Shown here: positions 10,593-24,134 of the stretch, in pieces
Layout of the letters: each line of letters opens with the position of its first letter
Numbering within the stretch: the stretch's first letter is position 1
Source: Selaginella moellendorffii
Taxonomy: Eukaryota; Plantae; Lycopodiophyta
Assembly (NCBI RefSeq): GCF_000143415.4
Contig: NW_003314319.1
Location: 320,115-384,114 of the forward strand
DNA length: 64,000 nucleotides
Direction: 5' to 3'
Position numbers and translations under genes: made by a program
The notes under the pieces: model-generated
What the model saw: the letters and a program-made list of their open reading frames with translations, nothing else
Told to the model about the DNA's origin: nothing
The model's database searches: none

Positions 10593-13229
10593 AGCTCGCT
10601 TTGCTCTGACCTAAAATCCAAGAAAATTCATATATCGAACCTTGGACCTCGAGTGAGAGAGAATCTCCGCACCTCAACGGATCATGAATATTCTTTACTT
10701 TATTCTATCCATAAGATTGGAGTAAGATGGATCGATCTTGCGCTCGATCGCCTCTTCCAGGATGCTTGACGCGGACCATCACTGCTCTCTGGATGTATGT
10801 GAGGGTGGAAACGCTCAAGAAGCTCGCGAGTTCCCTCGGTGGTGTATCTCCGCTGGGCGAGACAGAAATTGGATTCCAGCTGCAATGACAATCGATCGTG
10901 AATACCACTGAATCTCAAGTCCTAAAAAATGTGGAGCAAATGCTCTGCGCTGTTTCAGGTGATATCACCTCTCTAGCAAATAGAGATTAAATGGAGATAT
11001 TTGTGTCTCGCCGGGTCTTTTTTACTTCTTGATTATTGCCAGAAACCAGATTGGAAGCCTGATCCGCGGCTCTGGGTCCTTGAGGTTTCAAAAGCTGAGA
11101 TTATTCGTATCCGGGAGAAAATGCGGGGGAATTCCAGAGCGTAGGTACGTGGGAGCGCTGGAAGATTTGCAAGCAAGGATGACCAAGGTCGATATGAGTT
11201 CCCCCGGCTCGCAGAATCCGGGGCAACAGCAGCAAGATTGTCAAGTCAGTGGCCGGGAAGATTGGCAGATTCGCAATGCCGGTGCCCTGGCCGGGATTTC
11301 GCGCAGATTGCCGAGCAAGCTGGGTGAAAGAACAGACTCTTTTCTTCCGTTTGCTACCAAAGTGGAAAGTCTCGTTTTCAAAGTGATGTGGTTTGCCTTT
11401 ACTGCCCACACACCAACGACACTGTCCAGATTATAAACCCCCAAGTTTTTGTAGTACACTCTTTATCTCTTTCTTTTCTGTTTCGTTTGCATGTCATACG
11501 TGTGAGCGACCGCATTCTAGTGTTACACGAATTTTTATGTCCAAGCTGTGCTTAGGGTATGTATGGCGTGTTATTTATGGCGTGCAATTCGTACAAAACG
11601 TAACTTTGCATGCGTAAATGTTTTTCACGTCCATCAATGACTAATCCATGCTTCTGAATGTGGGTTACGCATGGCTCAGGAATGGCTTGGGGTGCTCGCG
11701 GTGGGCAAGCTCAAGAGCATCATGCACAAGTGATCAGACCAGCCTCAAGCTGGGAGGAGAACTCACAGCAGTTCAAGAACCATAGCAATACTTGGATTGT
11801 TGATGCCAAGGGCCAAGTATTGCAAGCACTATGGCAAGTGAGGATTGTGACAAGCTAAACCTGTTAGTGCACGATCAAGCACTCAACAATCCATCCTTCC
11901 TGTGCCAGCTCCACATCCTGGAGAGGTCTTGAAGATCCACAGCGTGATGGCAATTGCCAAGACCTCAGAAGCATCATCCTCAAGTTTCGGTTATCATGAA
12001 GGCCAGCAAGCTGCTCGATAGATAACTCGGGACAGTCCAAGGAGGTTTTCCAACTATGGAACCTCCAGCTCCTCCTCCGCAAGAACAATCCCACCATGAC
12101 CAAGCTGTATAGGGATCTGCCCTTTATCATATGCCTGACTTCGGCATGTGATATCTAGCTTGAACACCTGATGGCTTTCTGCTAGGAATATTGGCACTCA
12201 CTGTACTTTCACTTGCTCGAACCTCTTAGCTCTTAAAGCACAGGAAAGTTACAAAATTTTGTCACTTAGCAAGATTTTAAGCTCTCATGTATTGTATTAG
12301 AAGCTAACTTCCACCATGGTGTTTCTGGTGCCTGGACAACACACGACCTGGTGTTTCCGATCAATTGCGAGTGAAATCTCTCCTCTTCTAGCTTTGCTGC
12401 AGATGGAGGCAATGCTGAAAATCATTCTGGCGATGCTTGTGGCAGCTCTTGTTGCCAACGTTGAGCTGCATAATGATTTCTCACTCAAAGGCAACATCTT
12501 GTCTTCCTCCGTGCAGCTGCCTTTGTCAACTTCCTCTTGGTCATGTAAACTCCTGTGGAATAGCAGTGGAAAAAGCCTTTATCAATACAAATTAAAATGC
12601 TTCATGTTGTTGATTTGGTAATACTCCTAAACAAGGATTTGCCAGCAAGAGGATCAAATAAGCCATAGAATAAGATCCAACCTTGAAGCATGCCTAGGAG
12701 AAGATTGATTAGATGGCAACCTTCATGATTTTTAGCTTTCATGATCAAAACACCTCTAGAAGACCAACACCACCACAACTAATTCCACCTACACAATGAA
12801 TTTGCTACAACTTACTCACAGCTAGAGAGCAAATACCCTAGGCCAAGAGCCTGCAACAGAAGTTCTGATCTACATACTATTAGCTCAATGCCTTGTTTGT
12901 ATGAATGAATACATTAAAATTATCTACAGCCACAAAATTATCCAAAGCACCCATGTTAATAAAGATCTTAACAAAACTACCTCCGAGCTTCCCTTGGAGG
13001 GTTAGTAGATGTTGCAAATGATTCTTTGCTAAAGTTTCTCGTGTAATAAGTAACTTTGAGCTAGGAATTAGATCACGTACCTCAATTTAAATTTCGCTTG
13101 ACTTAATGGCCATATTGGCCTTGTTTGGGTAGGGATATTCTTTTGAGAAGTGTCCTAGTTCACTACAATTGAAACATATGTTGTTTCCCACGTTATTAAT
13201 ATACTTTATTTTCTTATTAGTGGGTTTAT

Positions 13230-15259
13230 CTCTTTTTGCTTGACTCCCCTTTATACTTGCTTTTTGGCTATTAAATTTGCTTTTCCAAAACCTTGAGGAC
13301 TCATTCTTAGAGAAACTCTTCTTAAATTTTCCCTTGCCATATGTCCCCCTTAGTTTAGCTCTCTTGCTAAATGTGGACCTTAACCCCTATTGTGTTCCCT
13401 TTTTGCAGATTATCATTGAAATGCACCTTAATAGCTACATTTAATGCTTCCTTGTAGCTAGTTGGGTTTCAATGTATCACCTCATCTTGAGCTTAGGTCT
13501 ATAAGCTTGAAATGAAGGCATGGAATGAATCTATGTCACCCATGTCTGTGACAAGGATCCTCTTAGCCATAAACTCATTTACATACTTTTGAATTATTCT
13601 TATCTGTTTTAGCCTACTCAACTCATCCCTTAGGTGTAAAGTAGCATTTGGAGGAACATAAATTGCACGAATCCTTACCTTCATCATCTCCCAAGTGGCC
13701 ATTAATCCTTCGTTAGCCTTTGTTGTTCTCCACCAAGACTTAGCATTATCTACTAAATATAATTTTGCATATGGGACCTTTTTTAAGCTTGATAACTACA
13801 ACACTTGGAAGTAATCCTCTATATTGTAAAAATAATCCTCCACCACCTTATAGTCATTCACTCCCTTAAAGGCTTTGGTTTGTACTTGGGAATTACTTGA
13901 GTGACTGATTCTACTTTAGTTTGTTCAACCTTGTTCGGTTCCACCTCAGTCTCTGCCAAAGGGTCCACGCTTTCTGCACTACTAGCATCTGCAGTCTTTT
14001 GTTTTTTCTTCTGCTTCTCGTTATGCTTTAGTTTGTATATGAAAGTTTCTAGCAGAGTATTGATCTGTGCCAATTGTTTTTTTAGAACGATCAATCGAGC
14101 CTTAGACGACCGAACTTACCACCAGACTCCTATTTGGAAGTTCCCTCACTAGAGTCCTTTTTATATAAAGATTCCTCATCCATAGCTTTTTGTTTGACTA
14201 GAGGCTTTAGCTTTTGAGGAGGTTCTATCTCCGCCTTGGTTCTCTTATGCCCTGCCTTAGCCATCTCTCAGCAATTTGCCTTTATCCTTCACTAAAACTA
14301 AGAAAAAGGCTCTGATACTAAATTGTAAGCCATAAATTTTTTCTTTTCGATTTGTTAATTTACCTCATTGCCTTGGCTTTAGTTAACTTCCCTTGCCAAA
14401 GTTCCCACCTATGCTACTAACACCTATTTGGTCCTACTTGACTTTAGTTACTCACTACACGAGCAACGAGATGTTAGGTATCAATTCATGAATTCCCAAA
14501 TTCTTTCCTAATCCCCCTCTCTAGATTCCTATAGACATAAACAACCAAACACATTAACATTCCAAGTTCCTGAAATCCCTTGGTACCACAAGGTTTGATC
14601 TTAGGACTTTCTAAATCCAAAGTTTAGGTGCATCACTTACCTTGGGACTTTGGGGGGAAACATCATGGCTTAACAGCCCGATATGGGTACCTTAGATGCA
14701 AGTTGTTCTTGCTTCCTCGAGTGGCCTTTCTGGCACCACCCGATTCCATACTCACTCCCACCCAAGGCTTATAACCCTCAGTCTCAACCTCAAGTCAGTT
14801 TAGAAGCACCACTAAAGAATTCCTACAAGATTAGTTCCTAAACCTCATTATCCTTACTATACTTTTGGAACCCCCTGCAGTCCCCCCCCAGAAGACACAC
14901 ATTTTGGGCTTTCATCCCACAACTTATATTAGTATTTGGACTTGGTCTCCAACTCGATCTCGGACTTGGTCTTGGACTCGATCTCAAACCTGATATTGAA
15001 CTAGGTCTTGGACTCAGTCTCGGACTCAGTCTCAAACCCAATCTTGGATCTTGAACTCGGTCTCGGCTCCGTCTCGAATTTGGTCTCGGGTCTTGGAAAG
15101 GATCTCAAATTTGATCTCGGACTCAGTCTCAAACTCTATTTCAGAGTGAGTCTCGTACTCAATTTCAAATTCTGTCTCATCCGATGAACTCTTTATTGTT
15201 CTAATCATGTTTTCGGGGATCCTTTAGTCTACAACACTTTGGGGAGTTGGTTCTTTACA
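13230..15259 (-). mobile_element. Degenerate Ty3/gypsy 5' end (family B): LTR 14324-15259, Met-tRNA PBS, decayed gag
   Basis: TG..CA-bounded LTR. PBS TAGTATCAGAGC (minus, 14309-14320). Gag-like fragment TWEMMKVRIRAIYVPPNATLHLRDELSRLKQ..YVNEF at 13499-13702. The LTR start matches 51470 onward in opposite orientation. Confidence 0.8.
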
Positions 15260-16254
15260 CAAATATAATAAAGCTATACTCAACAAATGATCACTAATAA
15301 TCCTCTATGAATCTATCTTCTATAGTAAGATATAATGCACTTCATAATAAGCACAAGAAGAATCATTAATAATCAATATATCCTTAATTGAAATCCAATA
15401 AAGAACAAAAATTTTAACTCTTCTTCTCTTAAAACTAACATAGTCCATGACTAAATCATGTTTCAAGGAAAAACCAAAACTTACTAAACAATCACAACTT
15501 GTCATTTAGCTCATTTGAATGCTAATATAGTTGTTAATAAAGCTACAACTAAACCATCAACACTATTTGCATTTGACTAATGAAACTCAATATCTAAAGA
15601 GACATTTTATCTTATTTGAATCTCAATGTCAACAATAGAGCATCACTTTAATGCCATCAACATCAAAACAAAACTAATATAAAGCAAGAGTGAACCACCA
15701 CTCAAACACTCTTTAGCAACCAAGTTAACCAAAGTCAAAGATACTTTACTCAGTATCCAAGACTAAATTTTCAATAATACTCAATTTAAATAACACTTCA
15801 TTAAAGAGTGAATCACCATATCCAAGACTCAATACAATTCAATACACAAACTAAATACAACTAAATGCTATAAACAACAATATGCTAACATGGAAAAAAC
15901 TATGTATATTTAACGACATGATCCTTTGCAACACTATCTGGTAAAGCAAGCCCATCACCACTAAATCATATTAAGTGAAGGTTAACATTCCTTGATGAAG
16001 TCTACAACAACCATTAATCACAAAGTAACCAACAATATATAGAAATATAGATAAGTATGGACAAAATGACCCCTTGAATCAAATTGTATAGTAATAAGCT
16101 CGCTAATATGTATAGCCAATAACTTTGAACATGCCTTGAAGAGGCTAGTTATGCATGATTAACACTTACCTGAAACTAAAGGGAAGACCATAAGATGGAC
16201 TTATACAGGTATACAACTTCCTAATAAACAAGGCTATAATATATATATTATTCA

Positions 16255-16555
16255 TGTCTATTGTATTAGCTCTTATTTGGTCCTTTTTGGCTTTAGCTAC
16301 TCACTGTATGAGTAACAAAGTGTTAGCCATCCATCCATAGATTTCCAAATTCTATTCCAAATGCTAATCCCAACCTTAAGTTGGTTTAGAAGCCTTGGAC
16401 CTCAGACTTGACCTCGAACTCGGTCTTAGACTCAATCTTAGACTTGGTCTCGAACTTAATCTCAGATTTTGGACTTAGTCTTGAACTCGATCTCAGACTT
16501 GGTCTCATTTTATGAAACTTTAGTTTATGACACCTCGGGGAGTTTGTTCCTTACA
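16255..16555 (-). mobile_element. Internally deleted copy of the family B LTR
   Basis: Matches 14415-14510, then jumps to the hexamer repeats and the LTR terminus (ggggagtttgttccttaca). Confidence 0.7.
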
Positions 16556-17469
16556 CTCAACTATATACCTTTCCCATCCAGCAATCTACTTGAAGTGTCA
16601 ATAGATTCACCAATAAACTATAACAAATGAATGCTACAATTTTTCTGTAACCTCAATGGGCAACTCTAAAGGAACCAAGGTACTAACTTAAGCTTAGCAT
16701 AATGAATCACTATCGAGAACCAAGTCAAAGCTATATTAATGTTATTATTTGTAAGTAGACTATTGACCACTTTGGGGTTGATCATTGTTTAAATGAACAA
16801 CTTTATAAACATATTACTTACAACCACATGGATATGATATAAGTATCACAATAACTTGATTATCAATTGAGTAAAACCGTAACTAATGCCTATGTCACTA
16901 CTATGTAAATATCAAATGCCAACTCTATTAAAAAAAATGCAATATAATGCCACATCCCACCAATAGATTTACAACACCTAACACCACTAACTTTTTTTCA
17001 TAACATGAACAAACTCATGCTACTTTCTATCTAATCAAACTTAAAGCTAGTCTAACACCAAGCTATTCAAGGAGCAATAATAAGGATTTCCTAGAAAAGA
17101 ATTACGTATTACAACCTAAGTTTATAAATAACAAGCTTAGACAAAATTATTAATGCTTCAGTACCATCCATCCCATGACTCATCACTTGTAAGGCCATCA
17201 TAACAAATATGCATCAAAGTAAGGACTTTTGATTGCATGATGTGAACATGAGTAATGAGTCATATTTCATTACAAATCATCTCTTGAAGAAAAGATAATT
17301 TATGTGTTCGATACTTTGTCCCTAATGATTATCTTTTTAGACTCAACTTTGACCAAATCTTAAACTTGCATTTGCCCTACCTTCAGTCCAATTCAGAAAA
17401 GGTTTATGAGAGAGCATAGCAATGACTACTTCAATCAATAGACTAATCCCCACAATCTTAATTGATTCA

Positions 17470-18015
17470 CTCATAATCATGCCTAGTAAAGTTCTACAAG
17501 TGCTATGTTAAACAACTATAGACTAGCATATTTGCCACTCTTTGAAAACCCAAGAGAGGTTTACTTTACTTATGGTATATGGAATAACTCATAATAACCA
17601 CTGATAGGCTAACTTTAGTCCTGTCAACTCAAAATGTAACCTTAAATTATTAATATGCCTTACTCACTTGCCCAAGGGCAAACTCATGCAAATGATACAT
17701 CTTAGTCTAAAGCTCAAGCTTATATAATATCAAAAAGGTAATTACTAGTTGTTCAATCTCATTGGATAGTTCTCACTAAGACTCATTCTTTAATACTAAA
17801 TTTAGCACATGTGGTTTTCACTTTTTATTTTATGATAATTTACCATAAGATAACCATGAAGCAAAACCTAAACCCTCTATATCCCACGTGGTACATGCCA
17901 TATGCCATATACCACATGTCCAATAACAATGGAGCAAAACCCAAATTTCAGGGCATTGGGCCACTAAATGAAAGGATAAAGCTAAACTCCTAAGTATGGA
18001 GCCAAGGAGCAAAGG
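17470..18015 (+). repeat. Dispersed repeat, inverted homolog of 34305-34945
   Basis: Collinear similarity in reverse complement. ORF fragments HWIVLTKTHSLILNLAHVVFTFYFMIIYHKITMKQNLNP and HWIVFVKTHPLIPNITHIVFTLHSMVIYHRITMKWNLNP correspond. Confidence 0.75.
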
Positions 18016-18340
18016 AAGTAGAGTATAAAACTACTTTCGAGCTTATAGCCCAATGAGCGAAGAAACAGAAGCACAGAGCGATATAAGAACAATCCTAGAG
18101 CATCTAGCATCTTAATGCTAGGATCAACACGCAAAATAAAGCTAAATAGAGTCTGGCACTATTTCAATATACTGGTGGTTTAGCGTGAGAATATAGGTCC
18201 ACCAGTTGACATGGTATAAAATTTAGGTTTATATCCAAGTTGGATGCAGAGCAATAGCTAAACTATACCTCAAGATGGTTGGCCATGCCTTATTGGTAGT
18301 AAGGAAAGAATATTTAAAAATACTAGTTAATAGGTAACTT

Positions 18341-18680
18341 TCAATACCTACAATCACATTCATAACAATCAGCTATTTTGAGCCAAGTTTGTCTAAGAAG
18401 TACTTTATAGAAACAGTGTTCTTTAGCTATCATGAGTATGATGAGAGTCATTTTGAACTCTTGATCTTTGATTTTGATTGGGATGTTGCAAATGATTCCA
18501 GATGGTTGTATACTTTTATTATCAGCCATCTTGATGTTGAAGGGTGCTGGTTGAATTGGTCTAAGTCCCATTGCTTTGCATGCTAAGTAATATTAACACT
18601 TGCACTATCATTGATAATTGTTTAAGGAATTTTGTTCTTTCCTATCTAAATTGGTATGCATGACACATCTTCGTCAAAGT
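18341..18680 (-). mobile_element. Degenerate retroviral-type aspartic protease (gypsy remnant)
   Basis: IINDSASVNI (decayed DSGAS) followed by GLRPIQPAPFNIKMADNKSIQPSGIICNIPIKI..YKVLLRQTWLK, with stops. Confidence 0.75.
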
Positions 18681-20059
18681 CACCAAGTTGGATGATAGAT
18701 TTGTCAAGTACAGAGTGATCTGCAAAAGGTCTTGAAGGGTAAATGTGATACTTTGTTGGAGAATTTTGTTTATAAGTTATGGTTTCTTTTCAAATGTGGT
18801 GGAAGTGGTGGAAGATAAATTTGGGGTTATTTATTTGTAGCAAGTCTTCTACCCTCAAGAGTTTTTGTTAGTGTAGGTTGATAGTCTTTAGTTTTATTGA
18901 TGCACATTGTTATGCTTTATTGTTGTTTGAAGTGTATTGTTGATTGGCAAAACCGTGGCATACCGTGGTTGGCCCTAGTATAATCTCAATTGCAATTAAC
19001 ACTTGGGAAAGTTTGCTATTAAAAGCTAATATGATTGATATAAAATTTTCTTGTTTATGTATTCCTAAAAGATTAATGAAAGTGTGGAAAAAAATATAAC
19101 CTCGATAAATCAAAGTTAAGTTTTGAGTTCTTGTAAAATAGTCAAACCAAATGTTGTAATTTTTTGTGTATATTCCCATTGTTTTTAATTTTTCTTGTTA
19201 AGTTTTTTTATTAGTCTCTTCTTCATCTTTAATCTTCAAAGCATTCTTCTTTGCAATGCAATAATTACTCTATTTCTTTAGGTAGCACTTAGTATAGGGT
19301 TTAGTATAGTTTTGAAACCTGTTGAGGAGATAATTTTTATATCTTGTATATATTTGATTTTTGAAGGGATAGTTGTGCTACTTCATCAATCTTTTACAAT
19401 TTTTGAAGTCTTTGTTTAGTGTTAGAGAAATTGTTTTAGAGTTTGTATAGTTTTGAGTATCAAAAAATTATTCTATTTGTCAAAACCTTGAATCTTCGTC
19501 CCGAATCAATTATAATTGCTTCAAGTTTGAAGAAGAGTTGTGGAGTAGATTTTCACCATATTTAATCAAATTAAGTAGTTTGTTTTTGTCAAAATTCTTT
19601 ATGGCTTTCAAAATTTCTTCATTTTTCTTGTTTTTCTTGTTTATCTTTGCTTTTCTTGAAATCTCTTACCAACAATCTATTTCATCTTATAATGCCTCAT
19701 ATCCCACCATAGTTGCCAATGAAAACTTGTGGAAGGTTTACATGCTAGAAACTTGTACTAGAAAAAAAAGAAAGAGAAAAAGAATAAAAGTGACAGAGAA
19801 AATAAGGGAAGAGTTGCACTTGCTTGACCTAATCTTGTACTCTATTTTAGCTAAACATAAATAATCACACAAAAAATAAAAGGGAAGAGTGACTTGAGTC
19901 CTTCAATCTCTAAAAAAGCTTTTGTCAAGGTCATGAGCAAGGATAAACTTAGCATCGCTTAAATATTTTAGATTTTGAGTATGTGGACGTGCATTAAAGA
20001 AGTACAAAAGAGATAAATATAGGGTTTATGTGTTAACTCACCCCTTTAATTAATCATAT

Positions 20060-20230
20060 ATAGTGGCAACTACCACTTTTCTTATTCTTGAGAGCAACCT
20101 TAAGGGAAATTAATTTTACAAGTCCTATGTTATACAACCTAAGCCAATTGGGTAAAAGAATGATCACTTGATTATAGAACCTTTTTTTTTATCCTATTAT
20201 CCTGACTTAGTGCCTAATAATCCTCCCCTC
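20060..20230 (-). mobile_element. LTR terminus (family C U3) with adjacent polypurine tract
   Basis: Homologous to 21990-22071 and 26045-26117. PPT GAGGGGAGGAT lies on the minus strand at 20220-20230. Confidence 0.6.
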
Positions 20231-20258
20231 ATCAGAGAATGATTGTCTATGATCATAT

Positions 20259-21342
20259 TGTAAGCAACTAAATTTTCCATTCTACTTTAGTCACTTAACC
20301 ACACCTTCGACCACTTGAAGGAGTCTCACTCACAACCTCCATAAGTCCTATTCTAGACTTAAGGACTTGCTAGCCCCAAGGATGGCATCCATTCCACTCA
20401 GCCATTGCACTTGATCCAAGTGCTCCACATATCCGATCCCATGACTAACACCCCAAGGTACCACTGACATACCAGCCCGTTACACTAAGGCCATGCCCAT
20501 TCACCTCAGTCACACAAGTGGTCCAACACCACCTGCATCGCAGTCCCATCTTTCAAAGATTGGGCCATCCGTCCATGAGTGACTATCCTAGGTCCACTCC
20601 TTAGCATCCTTAAGATGCCAATAGACATGGGGAACAACTTTTCCCAATATCCATTTTATAGTCCCTACCAAGTCCTTTTTCTATCTATAACCGTGTTCGC
20701 CATCACTGCCACTGGGATAAGGCCCATAGGCCCGACTACTAAGTCCCACTGTCCTCTGGGACTTCCTTACCACATTACTGTATCATTGGTCATTACACTA
20801 GAGGACCACCCCTCTTCCTTTCCATAGTCTAGGATTTTAAGACAACATTTCAGAACACTATGGCCCTACATAAGCCTCATGGGTACTCTCCCCACCTTCC
20901 ACCTTTAGGTGCTCTAGCCATAGGCTTAGAGCGAAGTTCCATTGAGCCATGCCAGGTATCCAAGTAGATAGTGCCACCCACACTTGGACTGGGAGCATCA
21001 ACCATTCGATTTCCCGGGGGAACTAGAGCCGGCTCTTGAACACTTCACCAAATTACCCCACTTGTCAGTCCATATTCACTCTAGCCTTAGACATCCCAGT
21101 GGTTATCCCATCACCCAACACCTGGGTACAGCCTTTCTAGGCCAAACTAGCCTTTCCTGGCCAAATTGGCTCCACTAGAGTCCTACCCCTACTATACTTT
21201 TGGTGCTCACCAAACCCCCTAGGATTTGGGAGACGACCACTTTGGGCTTTCACCCTCTCAGACTCGAACTCAACCTCGGACTTAGACTCGGACTCGAGCT
21301 TGGGCTCGGTCTCAGCCTCAGCCTCGGTCTCGGTCTCGGTTC

Positions 21343-21373
<31 letters not shown>

Positions 21374-21950
21374 AATCTCAATCTCGGTCCCGGTCTTAGT
21401 CCCGGTCTTGGTCTTGGTCTCGACTTCGGACTCCATCTCGGGTCCTTCTCGGACTCCATTTCAGATTCCATCTCGAGTCCATCTCAGACTCCATCTCGGG
21501 TCCATCTCAGACTCCATCTCAGACTCCATCTTGGTCCATCTCGGACTCCATCTCGGGTCCACCTCGGACTCCATCTTGGACTCCTTCTCGGTCCATCTCG
21601 GACTCCATCTCGAGTCCATCTGGGACTCCATTTCGAGTTTATCTCGGACTCCATCTCAGGTCCATCTCGGACTAGAGCTTTTAGTCCAAACGTGTTATGC
21701 TCGTTTGGCTTTCGCTTCGGCCACTACCACGCGGCACTTTTTCGGCTCCACTTTGGGGCATAGGAATTTGTGTCTCACAATTCCACCGCCCATAGACGAA
21801 GTTCGATGTCCTCATTAAACAATAAACCATTTTATAAAGTAACACTAGCATGTATTACCTTTCCCATCCTTGGCACCTAACCCACATTTGTCAATGGTTT
21901 GACATTGAAGGCTCGCCATGCCTTGTTCAACCTCTAAGGAGCATAGTGTC
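20259..21950 (-). mobile_element. Family D 3' LTR (20259-21779) with PPT and short 3'UTR remnant
   Basis: TG..CA bounded and the reverse complement of LTR 26754-28393. 21780-21950 matches the pre-LTR region 32290-32454. Confidence 0.9.
21260..21670. repeat. Degenerate hexamer/12-mer arrays inside the LTR (TCGGTC, TCGGACTCCATC)
   Basis: Directly visible. Source of the spurious ET/PR/GL/SV low-complexity ORFs. Confidence 0.9.
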
Positions 21951-22075
21951 TCCAACATAGAGACCAATGCTAGGAATCTATCCCTTGTATTCCTGGCCAA
22001 CTGGCTAAAAGGGTAATCACTTTATTGTATAGCCCTTTCTTTATCCTATTATCCGAACTTGGTGCCTAACAATAA

Positions 22076-22238
22076 TGTTATGATTTAGCACAAAAAGACA
22101 AAGATCTAGTCTCTCTAGACTACATTATATCTCCTTTTGAAGGTCCTCACCACCCAACCATCCCCGAGCTACCTCAAAAGTTCCACTATAAGCCCTAAGG
22201 TAGGTTAAGTTCCTTACCCAAACATGCCTTAATATACC
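22076..22238 (-). mobile_element. Older LTR of family A, split by a nested insertion (other half 26118-26170, then internal fragment to ~26255)
   Basis: Diverged copy of 22239-22415. The sequence resumes at 26118-26170 after the TSD ATACC. Confidence 0.85.
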
Positions 22239-22544
22239 TGTTATGATCCGGTGCAAAAAGACAGAGATTTAGTTGCCCTAGATTATGCTATGCCACCTCT
22301 TGAGGTTCCTCACCACCCAACCACCCCCGAGCTACCTCAAAAGCTCCACTGTGCCGCCGCTCCACCGTGAGCCCTAGGGTAGGTTAAGTCCCCTACCCTA
22401 ACATGCCTTAATATACCCTTGAGCCTCCCTTTGACCGACGTTGACCACGTAGTCAAAGCTGGCACCTAACAATTCTTCCCCCCAACAAAGTCCTTGTCCC
22501 AAGGACAAGTTGTATTGGTGATCACCCTTTCTGGGGAATCCTGC

Positions 22545-23777
22545 TCAAGCTCCTGGTCCATCTTCCACAGCCGTATACATCAAGGAGGCATTGGGCCCGT
22601 CACTCCGAGATAGTACACCTTTCAACTGGCTGACATAAAATACCAGATGAATTTTCACCCCAGCTGGCAGCCGCACCCGATAAGCCGCTTTACCAATGCG
22701 CTCCAGCACTTCATATGGACCAGCATATCGATGGGAGAGTTTATCACTCTTCCCTGTCCGTAAAGGCACCAAGGTGTTCCGCCGCTCACTTGACGGAAAG
22801 ATCACTCGCACAAAGACGAGATCACCCACCTTATATTCCCGGAATTGACGATGCTCATTGGCAAACTTCTCCGCTCTATCCTGAGCTGCTTGCAAATTCT
22901 GTTTGCACACCACCAGAATCTCATCAAGTTCTGTGGCCAGATTAGTTGCCTCGGAATCAAGCTTATCTTGAACGTCCTTACTCAAATGCAATCCCAACTC
23001 CACCGCTATTCGAGGATGCCTTCCAAACATGGCAAAGTAAGGACTTAGCTTGGTTCCACTGTGTTGGCTATTGTTGTAAGCAAATTGCACCAACGAAAGA
23101 TATAGATCCCACTGTCCTTGCCTTTGACCAATGCTACAACGTAGCATATCCTCCACCACCTGATTCACACGCTCGGTTTGCCCATCTGTCTGAGGATGAT
23201 CTCCACTTGAGAGTTTCAAAGTCACTTGCATAGCCTTTGCAAAGCTTTTCCAAAATCCACTGGTGAACTTTGAATCTCGATCACTAATGATGTCCTCTGG
23301 CAAACCAAAATCAGGAAAAACCTTCTCCAAGTAAACCGCAGCCAAGTCTGAGGCAGTGACAGTCTTCCGAAGAGCCAACAACCGCACATACTTCGTCAAC
23401 CAATCCACTATGACCCATACTTGCTCCTTTTGCCTCTGTGTTCGTGGCAAACAAGTGATGAAGTCCATAAAGATACTACACCAACAGCTCTGAGGAATAG
23501 GTAAAGGTTGCAAAAGTCCCCCCGACTTCTCCTGTGGCACCTTAACCCGCTGACAAAGCTCACATGATTTACAATACTTGAGGATATCAGCCTTCATATT
23601 CCTCCAATAAAAGTTGCACTTAATCAATTCATATGTCTTCTTCCCCCCAAAATGACCGGCCTCTGGACGATCATGATAGTGGAATAAAACTTGAGTAATT
23701 AACGCATCCACCCGTGGCAAATATACATGGCCATTGTAGTAGAGAATCCCATCCACCAATGAGAAAGGAGCTTCCAT
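22545..23777 (-). CDS. Retrotransposon integrase (H2C2 zinc finger, DDE core, GPY module)
   Basis: HYHDRPEAGH..CELC, MDFITCLP, IISDRD, TDGQTERVN, YAGPYEV. Confidence 0.95.
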   Translation of the reverse strand: MEAPFSLVDGILYYNGHVYLPRVDALITQVLFHYHDRPEAGHFGGKKTYELIKCNFYWRNMKADILKYCKSCELCQRVKVPQEKSGGLLQPLPIPQSCWCSIFMDFITCLPRTQRQKEQVWVIVDWLTKYVRLLALRKTVTASDLAAVYLEKVFPDFGLPEDIISDRDSKFTSGFWKSFAKAMQVTLKLSSGDHPQTDGQTERVNQVVEDMLRCSIGQRQGQWDLYLSLVQFAYNNSQHSGTKLSPYFAMFGRHPRIAVELGLHLSKDVQDKLDSEATNLATELDEILVVCKQNLQAAQDRAEKFANEHRQFREYKVGDLVFVRVIFPSSERRNTLVPLRTGKSDKLSHRYAGPYEVLERIGKAAYRVRLPAGVKIHLVFYVSQLKGVLSRSDGPNASLMYTAVEDGPGA

Positions 23778-23873
23778 CTAGTCTCGCAAAGAGGCCACCT
23801 CAGCATCCTGAGCCTGAGCATGCTCAACCAATTGCCCAAACTCGCTGACCACCTTACTCAAATGATGACAAAA

Positions 23874-24120
23874 TCATGTTCGTAACGTCGTCACATGACG
23901 AACACGAGATAAAGCATCTGCCACCACATTTGATTTTCTCGGACGATGCTCAATAGGAAACTCCCCAAACTCCATGAGTTTGACCATCCAACGAGCTTGC
24001 CTAGTGTTCAACTCCTTTTGTGTGAAAAAATACACAAGTGGTTTGTGATCTGTCAACACCACGAACACTGCACCATAAAGATAGTGTCGCCACGTCCGCA
24101 AAGCATGAACAATAGAGGCT
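23874..24120 (-). pseudogene. C-terminal half of retrotransposon RNase H
   Basis: IVHALRTWRHYLYG..VLTDHKPL..RQARW..NVVADALSR. Confidence 0.9.
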
Positions 24121-24134
24121 GAATAAATCCAAAC

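Noticed and set aside
10700-12900. Short ORFs of 60-135 aa between the gene block and the retroelement nest
   Set aside because: No recognisable domain or consistent exon chain. May be decayed gene fragments but cannot be supported.
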